Below, piece after piece: positions 1 to 11,156 of a DNA stretch of 64,000 bases; position 1 is the first letter of the stretch; each line of letters begins with the position of its first letter. The translations under genes and the position numbers were made by a program. Under the pieces are notes generated by a model. It worked only from the letters and a program-made list of their open reading frames with translations. It was not told the origin of the DNA and ran no database searches. The DNA is from Mobula hypostoma (Eukaryota): contig NC_086097.1 of NCBI RefSeq assembly GCF_963921235.1, positions 95,420,001 through 95,484,000 on the forward strand, read 5' to 3'.

Positions 1-1849
1 CACTTGGTGCTTTGTTAAACTGTGGCCTTGACTTTAAAGCTATGTATAGATATGCAATAACATTTAGCATAAGACGAGGAGCTGTAACTTCATATTATCA
101 CAATGAGGTCATTGAATAAACACAGCTGCCAACATCTATTCAAAGCCATTGGCATTAGAAACCTAGTTAACTTAATACTCTTGGAAACTCAAGCAGAGCA
201 GGACACCTGTCGGCTACATTGAATGCTGAAGAAAGTATGACAGCCTCAATTTTACATCAAGTTTTAAAAAAATACACCCTTCACAGTGCACAGTGTTCAT
301 GATTTTCAGAACACCCCAGTACAAACAGTCTTGGGACATCTGGGAGCACCAAAACACATTTCCATGATCAAACCAATTGAAACTTCTACAAACTTTTTTT
401 TTGTTCAGAAGATATTGAAGGCTATTTAATCCAGGGAAACAAATTAAGTTAAAATACCATTGGGCCATGTTCTACTTGAATAACAGAACAAACCCAAGAG
501 GCCAAAAAGTCTCACTTTTTATCTATTTTTGATTGGGTATTTGTCTTTGGCATGGATACTGAATAAATTTAATAAGGGATATATGCATTTCTCCAGAATT
601 CAGTGATGAAGCTTATATGGTCAGATACATGAAGACTACAAGGCAGTTTAGTCTTACTGCAAATGAATGCGAGGGTCAACAGGACCTGTGGGTCTGACAC
701 GAGACCATGAAGCCCAGATTAGGCATTGTTAATATTCACTCCATATTTTGCACAAAATCATCTAAAAAATACTGAGAACTAAATCCTGCACTGCTAAACC
801 GCTATAAACCAAGAGTGCATTCAGGCATTGCGTATGATGTTGAGCAATGAAACTCAAGTGAATTTTCTTGTCTGAAATGACGTACTGAAGCTACATACCC
901 AAGCACTATATATAGATAAATATAAGGGATAAAATCCAAACGCAATACTTTGAGATTGCCTTTGAAATTTTTTTTATTGAAGCGGGACCAGCAAATGAAC
1001 AACTCTGGAGACTTCATTGTCCCCTCATCCAGAAGACCAATAGTGCAGGCTTTGCACAGAATGGACGAATGCTAGAGAAAATGAAGCCAGGCTGCTGCAG
1101 CAAGAACAAAGGCAGCCAGTCATACACTTAAGTAAATGTGAAAACAATAGAACTGCAAGAGATCAATCATTTCATATCAATAATTCACTCTTACTGAACA
1201 CTGCTTGTAAGGCATTGTAAAATTACCCTCAAAGGCTTTGAGAAGTTGAACTACTGCAATTCTATCAAGTTCAAGCTCAATGTCATCCAACCATACACAT
1301 ATATGCAGCTAAGCAAAACATTTCTCCAGCACCAAGTGCAAAACACGGTTCATATATCACATACAGCAAGCACAAAACATATTTACAGATAAAAAGAGTA
1401 CTCAGTAGACATTCAAGTTGACATAAAGTGCATATACAACATATAAATATTTAACTCTACTACTGCTACTGGCACTGTCATAAATAATGTGCACTCGGTG
1501 GTAGCAAGCTATTTAGAAGTGTCACAGCCTGGGGAAGAAGCTATTACCCAGCCTGATGATGCATCTGCAGTACTGTTTGGTATAATATCGTGATTTTGAT
1601 TTATGGTAATGAAGTGATATATTTCCAAGTCAGATGGTACACAACTTGAAAGGGAACCTGCAAGAACGAGTATCTGCATGCATCTACTGGCTTTGTATTT
1701 TTAAGTGGTAAGGGTTTTGAAGATTCTGTCACAGAAACTTTGATGAGTTGCTGTTCTGCAGTACATTTTATAGATGGTACACCCTCCACAGTCAAACTGT
1801 GTCAGTGATGGAAGGAGTGAATATTCAGGGCAGCAATCCAGCAGGCTAC

Positions 1850-4233
1850 TGTCATGGAGAGCCAACACAACCAATGCCCATTTGTCGGCTGACAACTAAT
1901 CTCAGTCTGACTTTCACTGATTGGTTATTGTTCCTAACGACGTCTCCAATGTTCTTCATAATCCGTTTAAATAGTCATGTTTCGGAAGCACCATCAAGTT
2001 TTTTGGCTGCATGGTTTTATTGAATAAATTTATTTTGTGTTTCGACTTTGTTCTATCTCCTGGCTTTGGGTCTCATCAATAGTTATAAATGAGCAAACAC
2101 AATAAAATGGCGACGATGTGCTTCGTTACATTAACATGACTATTTCAGCAGAACACTTAGGCAATTCTACAATGGCTGCAGCTGAAGTTAGTCAAAACCT
2201 TGACCAGCAAGTTATTATTCAGTCCAATGACATCAATGTCAAACATTGAAAACTTATGTGAGTCACTTGTTGCTTCCATTACCAACTTCCAGTTCAATAC
2301 CACTTTGGGAGTTGCGTTTGAATGTTCATTCAGGTATTACGAAGATATCTTCCAGATGGAGATCACCAGTAGAGATGACACACACAGTGCCCTAAAGATT
2401 ACTGAACGTAAGCATTACTTCAACTTTATCCTGCTTAAGAAGCCACATAAACAGTCATTTGACAAAACTGTCCAACAGCTCACAAGCATTTTTGGACAGC
2501 AGTCATCTTTCTTCAGTGTTCACTACCACTGCCTAAAACTCATCAAACATGATGTCAATGACTTCATGACAAATGCTGCTGTTGTTAATTGTGAATGTGA
2601 AAAGTTCAAGCTGGGTAACATGACTGAATCACAGTTCAAATGTGTGATTTTAAATTTGTGGACTTCAGGCACCTGGTGATGCAGACAATTACAAACAGCT
2701 CTTGGCCAGACTGGAGCAAGACCCTGATATGTTTCTACAAGCTGTCACTCAAGAATGTCAGCAGTTGATCATCTCAAACATGATTCCAACCTGGTCGAAC
2801 AGAACCGTGTAAACACAGTTTTCAACGGCTAGACATCATCATTCAGCAGGTCTCCAAGCGGCCAACCGCAGCTTGTTGGAATTGTGGTGCATGGCATTAC
2901 ACCAGAAACTGCCAATATAAGAACCACATTTGCAGCAAATGACAACGTGTGGTCACAGAGAAGGGTTTTGCCGTGCAAATCTATTAGGAGTTTAATGGCC
3001 ACGTTCAAAGTTGACCACCACCTGGAGGTGGTACATCAATGCATTTATCAAAAATCAATTGGTCAAGCTACAACTCAATACGACATCAGACATCACCATT
3101 ATCTCCAAATGCACATAGTGGGCACCAGTCAAGACAACTCATCATTCAGCCAGTAGTGTATTGGGTAAACTGCACTGAATGATGAAGCTGAATGGTAATT
3201 AAGTCAATAGTGTGTGTTACCCAAACAGACTAGCTAGATCTGAATGTCCTTGGCATTGACTGAACGGACAAGTTAGATCTCTGGAGCATCACTCTGGACG
3301 GGGTGTGTACAAAGACAGCGGCGAGTGGCAGCTCAAATCATGTCAGTCACTGCCGTAACATCATCAATACATGAAAACATACAACAACTGCAACATACAA
3401 CAGCATCAGTGTTTTTAGATGGTTTAGGTCACTGCACCAAACTGCAAGCAAAACACCATCTATGTCCAGAAGCAAAGCCAGTCTCTGTCCCAAAAGACCA
3501 CTGCCATACGCAGCTTTACCAATCACTGAGCAAGAGCTAAATTGCCTACAAGCTGATGTGATCAAAGTTGTGAACTACTCATATTGGGCAGCTCCAATAG
3601 TCACCATCAAGAAAGCCAACTGTACAGTAAGATTGTGTGCACACTTCTCAGTTGGTTTCATTGCAGCTCTGGAGACACACCAGTACCCACTACCGGTACC
3701 TACAGATGTCTTAGCAAAATTGATCAGAGGTCACTACTTTGCAAAATTACACTTGACTGAAGGCCATCTCCAGGTAGAAGTGTTGGAAAATTCACAGGAC
3801 CACATTTTGAACAAACTACGAGACTTTTGGGTTGTGACTTCGAACAGAAAAATGCAGCTTCTTGATATCATCCAGTAAGTATCTGGTGCTCATCATCTCT
3901 GCCATCTTAAAGATACATCCACCATCAAAAATCAGCATCTTACAATCATTTTTCAGCATGATCAATCATTACTCAGGATTCCTCCCAGCAATGCACCAGT
4001 GCCACACAATGCCCTGCTCAACAAAGGTACCACGTTAAAGTGGTCCAAACAATGTCAAAAAACTTTAGACCAGGTGAAGAATACGCTGTTGTCTAATCGT
4101 CTCCTGATGCATTTCAACAAAGGACTGCCAATCATCATTGTGACAAATGCTTCCAATTACAGAGTGGCTGTTGGCATATCCCATAGCTTCCCTGATGGTT
4201 CTGAAAAAGCTGTCATGCATGCAGCCAGATCAC
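1850..4233 (+). mobile_element. Decayed Gypsy/Ty3 (Mag/K02A2.6-like) LTR retrotransposon: putative 5' LTR, PBS, gag, protease, RT, start of RNase H
   Basis: TGTCATG start at 1850 and PBS-like TGGCGACGA at 2108. Gag-like ORF 2200-2679; CWNCGAWHYTRNC zinc knuckle near 2875; LQLNTTSDITIIS protease-like motif near 3068; RT motifs WAAPIVTIKK / VRLCAHF / QYPLP (3462-3878); RNase H-like TNASNY...HAARS (3999-4233). Many stops and frameshifts; no matching 3' LTR seen. Confidence 0.85.
2108..2116 (+). other. Primer-binding site, tRNA-Ser(GCU)-type
   Basis: TGGCGACGA directly after the putative LTR is complementary to the tRNA-Ser(GCU) 3' end (...UCGUCGCCA). Only 9 nt match. Confidence 0.6.
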
Positions 4234-6118
4234 CATAAGACATAGGCGCAGAATTAGGTCATTTAGCCTATCGAGTCTGCTCCCCCAATCGATCATAGCT
4301 GATCCGCTTTACCTCTCCTCAGCCCCTCTCCCTAACCTTTTTCCAATAACCTTTGATGCCGCGACCAATCAGGAACCTATCAATCTCCGCCTTAAATACC
4401 CCCAACAACCTGACCTCCTCTGCTGCCCCTGATAACAAATTCCACAAATTCATCACCCTCTGGTTAAAGGTATTTCTCCATATCTGTGTTTTAAATGGAT
4501 GCCCCTCTATCCAGAGGCTATGCCCTCTTGTCCTAGACTCTCCCACCATGGGAAACATCTTTTTCACATCTACTCTGTCCAGTCCTTTCAACATTCGAAA
4601 GGTTTCAATGAGATCCCTCCTCATCCTTCTGAATTCCAGAGAGTACCAGAGCCATCAAACGTTCCTCGTATGATAACCCTTTCATTCCTGGAATTATCAT
4701 TGTGAACCTCATCTAAACCCTCTCCAATACCAGCACATCTTTTCTAAGATGAGGGGCCTTAAACTGTTCATAGTACTCAAGGTGAGGCCTCACCAATACC
4801 TAGTAAAGCCTCAGCATCATACTCTTGCTCTTGTGTTCTAGACCTCTTGAAATGAATGCTAACATGGCATTTGCCTTCCTCACCACCAACTTAACCTGCA
4901 GGTTAACCTTTAGGGTGTTCTGTACAAGGACTCCCAACTCCCTTTGCATCTCAGATTTTTGGACTTTCTCCCCATTTAGAAAATATTCCACACATTTATT
5001 TCTCCCTACCACCGAAGTGTATGACCATGCACTTTCCAACATTGTATTTCATTTGCCACTCTCTTGCCCATTCTCCTAATCTGTCTAAGTCCTTCTGCAT
5101 CCTGTTTCCTCAACACTAGCTGCCCCTCCACCAATCTTCGTATCATCTGCAAACTTGGCAACAAAGCCACCGATTCCATCATCCAAATCATTTATATACA
5201 GCATAAAAAGAGGTGGTCCCAACACCGACCCCTGCGGAACACCACTAACCACTGGCAGCCAACCAGAAAAGGATCCTCTTATTCCCATTTGCTGCCTCCT
5301 ACCAATCAGCCAATGCTCTAATCATGTTAGTAACTTTCCTGTAATACCACGGGCTCTTGTCTTGGTAAGCAGCCTCATGTGTGGCGCCTTGTCAAAGGCC
5401 TTCTGAAAGTCCAAATATACAACATCCACGGCATCCCCTTCATCTATCCTACTTGCAATCTCCTCAAAGAATTCCAACAGGTTCGTCATGCAGGATTTTC
5501 CCTGAAGGAAACCATGCTGACTTTGTCCTAGCTTGTCCTGTGTTACCAAGTACTTCACCACCTCATTTTTACCAATTGACTCGAACGTCTTCCCAACCAC
5601 TGAGGTCAGGCTAACTGGTCTATAATTTCCTTTCTGCTGCCTTCCTCCTTTCTTAAAGAGTGAAGTGACATTTGCAATTTTCCAGTCCTCTGGCACCATG
5701 CCAGAGTTCAATGATCTTTGAAAGATCATTTCGCCACAATCTCTAAAGCTACCTCTTTCAGAACCCTCGGGTGCAGTTCATGTGGCGTGGGTGAGTTATG
5801 TACCTTTAGGTCTTTGAGCTTTTTGAGTACCTTCTTCTCTTGTAATAGTAACTGCACCCACTTCTCTTCCTTCACTACAACATCAGGCACACTGCTAGTG
5901 TCTTCCACAGTGAAGACTGATGCAATATACTCATTTAGTTCATTAGCCATCGCCTTGTCCCCCATTGTTATTTCTCCTGCCTTATTTTCTAGCAGTCCTA
6001 TGTCCACTATCATTTCTCTTTTATTTTTAACATACTTGAAAAAACTTCTACTATTCACTCTGATATCATTCGCCAGCCTGCTTTCATATTTCATATTTTC
6101 CCTTATAATGATTTTTAG
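4234..6118 (-). mobile_element. CR1 LINE, 3' part (RT to 3' tail)
   Basis: NYRPVSLTSVVGK, YLDFQKAFDK, GVPQGSVLGP, FADDTK and RGHSL motifs; TCTTATG-type tail at 4234-4245. Inserted into the Gypsy RNase H region. Confidence 0.95.
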
Positions 6119-9100
6119 CGCATTGGCTTGGCCCAGCTGATGTGCATACTACGAAAGAAGATCAGGGTTCTCCGCCGGGCAGAGTGGCATCGGAGGCAGC
6201 GGCGTGAAAGGGCCCGAAAACATGCTGCCTTTATCGCCAACCCCTTCAAGTTCACCAAGGAGTTGCTGGGGGAGAAGCGCAGTGGGAAACTGGCCTGTTC
6301 GCAGGAAGACATAGACCAACATCTGAAAAAGATATATAATGATCCTGAAAGAGAGCAGGAGTTGGGAGAGTGCAACATCATAAAAGAACCCCCTGAACCG
6401 GATGTGCAGTTCGACATGTCAAAGCTGCAACTAAAGGAAGTCAGAGAAGTCATCCGCAAAGCAAGGGCAAGCTCGGCTCCAGGACCAAGCAACACCTCGC
6501 ACAAAGTGTACAAGAACTGCCCCAAACTCCTGCTACGTCTGTGGAAGATCCTGAGAATCTTCTGGAGAAGGGGGAAGATCCCAGAACAGTGGAGAGTGGC
6601 TGAAGGGGTGTGGATCCCAAAGGGAGAAAATGCCACCCAGATAGATCTGCATCATATAATCTCCCTGCTCAGTGTCGAGGCAAAGATCTTCTTCAGTGTC
6701 GTTAGAAACGGGCTGTGCACCTACTTAGCAAAGAACACCTATATTGATACAGGTGTCCCCCGCTTTTCGAACGTTCGCTTTACGAAACCTCGCTGTTACG
6801 AAAGTCCTACATTAGTACCCTGTTTTCACTGTTACGAAGAAAGGCAGCGCGCGATAAAAGTTAGCGCGCGCACCGAGCAGCCGCTCTCCCCCGGATTCGG
6901 AACAGCATTGCTTAAACACGTTGCATTGAGCAGCCGTTAGCAAGATGAGTTCTAAGGTGTCGGAAAAGCCTGAAAGAGCTCGTAAGGGTGTTACACTTAG
7001 CGTAAAACTAGACATAATTAAGCGTTTCGATCATGGTGAACGAAGCAAGGACAAAGTGTGTTTGGCTTGTGGAAGCTGACAAAGATGATGTTGAAGAGGT
7101 TTTGGCATCCCATGACCAAGAACTGATAGATGAAGAGCTGATGCAAGTGGAAGAGGAAAAGATAACAATCGAAACCAAATGCAGTAGCGAAAGTGGAGCA
7201 ACTGCGTGAGATTTTCACTGCAATGATAAAGTACAACTTTAATTTTGAAAGGGTACGTGGGTTTAGGGGATATTTGCAGGATGGTTTGATTACTTACAAA
7301 GAACTGTATGATAGAAAAATGTGCGAGGCTCAGCAGTCAAGCAAGCCTTCCACATCAGCCACAGCAGACGACGAACCTCGACTTTCGACATCGAGGCAGG
7401 CAGTCATAGGAGAAGATGAGCTGCCTGCCCTGATCGATGATGAGATGACACCTCCATGTCCCACCACCCCAACCCTCGGGCCCCGGACAGATACTGTACT
7501 GATTTGCAGAGAATGCAGCGGCTACCGCTGCATTCTTCACGGCAATGTATCGGGTCGGCGGCCCGGAGGGTGGGGGTCACTGCAACACCCCAACCTGCGA
7601 CGACTCAGTCTAACACACCATCATCAGTGTGCTGGGCGCGGTCTTCCCAATTCCAGTAAGTGATATTACACTGTACATACATTATTTCTACTTTATATAG
7701 GCTCTGTATTTTTACATGTTATTTGGTAGATTTGGCAGCTTCATAATTTAAAGGTTACTGGAGAGAGTGTTTTTGCCAAGAGCGCTTGCGTGAGATTTTC
7801 TGCCGAGAGCACTTGCGTGAGACTTTCGCTACGGAGATCTGTGCAGGCAATCGTTGTAGAGAAGTATTTCTACTTTATATAGGCTGTATATTTATCATAT
7901 CATTCCTGCTTTTACTATATGTTACTGTTATTTTAGGTTTTATGTGTTATTTGGCATGATTTGGTAGGTTATTTTTGGGTCTGCGAACGCTCACAAAATT
8001 TTCCCATATAAATAAATGGTAATTGCTTCTTCGCTTTACGACATTTACGCTTACGAACCGTTTCATAGGAACGCTCTACCTTTGGATGGCGGGGGAAACC
8101 TGTACATCAGTCCAGAAAGGTGGCATTTCAAGGATACCAAGCTGTCTAGAGCATACCGGTGTGGTGACACAGTTCATCAGGGAGGCCAGAGAGAACAAGG
8201 GCAACCTGTCAGTGTTGTGACTTGACCTGGCAAATGCGTATGACTCCATTCTGCACAAGCTGGTGCAGCTCACACTGACAAAATATCACGTCCCCAGCAG
8301 AATCAGAGACCTTATCGCTGATTATTACAGCAACTTCAGGATGAGGGTCTCTTCAGGAGCAATTACATCAACCTGGCACAAGGTGGAGATCAGCATCATC
8401 ACAGGGTGCACTATCTCAGTGACACTGTTCTCCCTAGCCATGAACATGCTCACCAAGTCTGCTGAACCAGAGTCCAGAGGGCCCAGAATGAATTCTGCTC
8501 AACAACAACCACCTATCAGGGCATTCATGGATGACCTCACAGTCACCACAGAATCAGTCCCAGGCTGCCGGTGGATTCTGCAAGGGCTCGAAAAGCTGGT
8601 GGAGTGGGCCCAGATGCGTTTTAAACCAGCCAAATCAAGATCGTTGGTGCTGAGGAAAGGGAAGGTGGAGAACAAGTTCCGGTTCAGCATTGCAGGCACA
8701 GCCATGCCAACCATCACAGAAAAGCCAGTCAAGAGCTAAGGCAAGGTTTCTGACAGCTCTTTAAGGGACACAACATCCATTCAGGCGACCTACACGGAGT
8801 TGGAAAGCTGGCTGAAATCTGTGGACAAGTCTGGCCTACCTGGGAAGTTTAAAGCCTGGGTGTATCAGCATGGCATTCTTCCCAGGATCCTGTGGCCCCT
8901 CCTCGTCTACGCAGTTCCGATCTCGACATTCGAAACCTAAAGAGAGGAGGGTTAGCAACCACCTCAGGAGATGGCTGGGGCTGCCAAAGAGCCTGAGCAG
9001 CATCGCACTCTATGGACACCACAACAAACTGCAACTGCCCTTCAAATCCTTGGAGGAAGAATTCAAGGTAACTGGAGCCAGAGAAGTGCTACGGTACAGG

Positions 9101-10337
9101 GACTCAAGTGATCCGAAAGTGGCTAGAGCAGGGATCCAAGTAAGTACTGGCAGGAAGTGGAGGGCAGAGGAAGCTGTTTAGGAAGCAGAGGCAAGGCTGC
9201 ATTACAGGAGGCTGGTGAAAGTGGTCACACGAGGCCGAGCTGGGCTAGGATCCTTTCCAACTCCTCAAATGGACACCAGAGGGAAGGAAAGGCGTCGTCT
9301 AGTTCAGGAGGAGGTGAGCGCAGTAGTGGAGGAGATGAGAGCCTGCAAGGCGGTGGGAGTGAAGCAACAGGGAGCTTGGACAAGATGGGAGAATGCGGTT
9401 GAGAGGAAAGTGACCTGGGCTGATCTTCGGAAAGCCAAACCACACCGCATCCAATTTCTCATCCAGGCTGTGTACGATGTGCTTCCAAGCCCATCAAACC
9501 TGCACACATGGGGCAAGGCAGAGTCATCTGCGTGCCCACTGTGCTCCAAGCGAGGAACCTTGGAGCACATCCTCAGCGGCTGCGCAAGGGCACTTGGTGA
9601 GGGACGGTACAGGTGGAGGCATGATCAGGTCCTGAAGACCATCGCTGAAGCCATCAGCGCAAGAGTTGAGTGGGTGAAGCAGTCCCGATCCTCCAAGCAG
9701 ACCATTACCTTTGTCAGAGCTGGGGAGCAGCCAATACCCGCCAAAAGAACACCTGCAGGCATCCTGACCTCTGCAATGGACTGGCAGCTGTTGGTGGACC
9801 TCAAATGGCAGCTGAAGTTCCCCAACTGTATCGCAGCCACCACCCTGCGACCAGACATTATCCTTGTGTCTGAGTCTACTAAGTGAGTGGTGCTGCTGGA
9901 GCTGACAGTCCCATGGGAAGATAGCTTGGAGGAGGCCTTTGAAAGGAAGCTCTCCAACTACACAGGACTAGTCAGCAACTGTCAGCAGGCTGGTTGGACA
10001 GCAAGGTGTCTCCCAGAGAAGGCTGGATGTACGGGATTCGCAGCCCGTTCCTTAGCTAGAGCCTTCAGCAATTTAGGCACCGAGGGAGAGAGGAAGAGGA
10101 GAGCCATCCGCAGTACCACCGATGCAGCACAGAGGGCCTCAAGATAGCTGTGGCTCAAGAGAGGGGAGCCATGGAGTCATAAGTAGCTAGCCATCTGGAC
10201 ACAAGCTGGGATCTGATCAGCCCCGGCTGGGTCACCTGGAGGAGGTTGTATGATATTGAAAGACCCGAAACACCTGATGATTCCAGGAGTATCACTGAAG
10301 ATGTGTCCAGAAGCATCAGTAAATGTATGTACACAGC
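6119..10337 (+). mobile_element. HERO-clade (R2 group, restriction-like endonuclease) non-LTR retrotransposon, 5'-truncated and pseudogenised
   Basis: RT motifs QKGG..CLEH, DLANAY, ITGCTIS, AFMDDL; CPLCSKRGTLEHILSGC knuckle; RWRHDQVL; RLE motif RPDII..LLELTVPWE..K..Y. TAG is present on both sides (6116-6118, 10338-10340). Several in-frame stops. Confidence 0.9.
6750..8102 (+). mobile_element. Tigger/pogo-type non-autonomous DNA transposon (internal deletion)
   Basis: TIRs CAGGT[G/T]TCCCCCGC; TA duplicated (6748-6749, 8103-8104). Removing it restores HERO YIDTSVQKGG. Remnant N-terminus MSSKVSEK..KLDIIKRF and acidic C-terminal remnant. Confidence 0.93.
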
Positions 10338-10930
10338 TAGTTGCTGTCTGTAAGTTTTTAAAAACCTTCCAATCTTCTATCTTCCCATTAATTTTTGCTT
10401 TGTTGTATGCCCTTTCTTTTGCTTTTACAATAGCTTTGACTTCCCTTGTCAGCCATGGTTGTACTATTTTACCATTTGAGTATTTCTTCATTTTTGAAAT
10501 ACATATGTCCTGCACCTTCCTCATTTTTCCCAGAAATGCACACCATTGCTGCTCTGCTGACATCCCTGCCAGGAGCTCCTTCCAATTTACTTTGGCCAAC
10601 TCCTCACTCATACCACTGTAAATTCCCTTACTCCACTGAAATACTGCTACATTAGACTTTACATTCTCCCTGTCAAATTTCAAGTTGAACTCAATCATAT
10701 CGTGATCACTGGTTCCTAAGGGTTCTTTTACCTTAAGTTCCCTAATCGCCTCTGGTTCATTACATAACACCCAATCCTAAAAATCTGATCCCCTAGTATG
10801 CTCAACAACAAACTGGTCTAAAAAGCCATCTCTTAGGCATTCAACAAACTCACTCTCTTAAGATCCATTACCAACCTGATTTTCCCAATCTTCCTGCATG
10901 TTAAACTCTCCCGTGACTATCATAACATAA
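10338..10930 (-). mobile_element. CR1 LINE, upstream part of the same copy (endonuclease C-terminus and linker)
   Basis: EPLGTSDHDMIEF and PWLTREVK...KNLQTAT, which continue into ...MKYESRLAN (ORF 5726-6094) once the HERO insertion is removed. Confidence 0.92.
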
Positions 10931-11156
10931 TAATGGCAGGAGACTGATCATGTAGCTAGAAATAACTGGGTCCCAGCCTCTGCCTTGAGGAAGAACTATT
11001 GTATCAGCATGCTTAAGGTGAATAAACTCCAACAATCACAATCATTTTCCTTTGTAATTACAGTGTTGTTTTCCTTGATCCCCAATAACTTCAGTTCTAT
11101 TAATGCTTCTTGAAGTCAAGGGTAATGACTCTTATGCCATTTGAGAATTCACCCGA

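Noticed and set aside
6128..6940. 270-aa ORF as a novel fusion protein
   Set aside because: It is the HERO ORF reading through into the Tigger TIR at 6750; an insertion artefact.
10262..10302. Hammerhead in the HERO 3' UTR (GAAAC, CTGATGA, CTGAAGA)
   Set aside because: The motifs lack the required helices and are not kept in the second HERO copy.
10951..11034. TG...AATAAA...CA segment as the Gypsy 3' LTR
   Set aside because: No similarity to the putative 5' LTR and no convincing polypurine tract.
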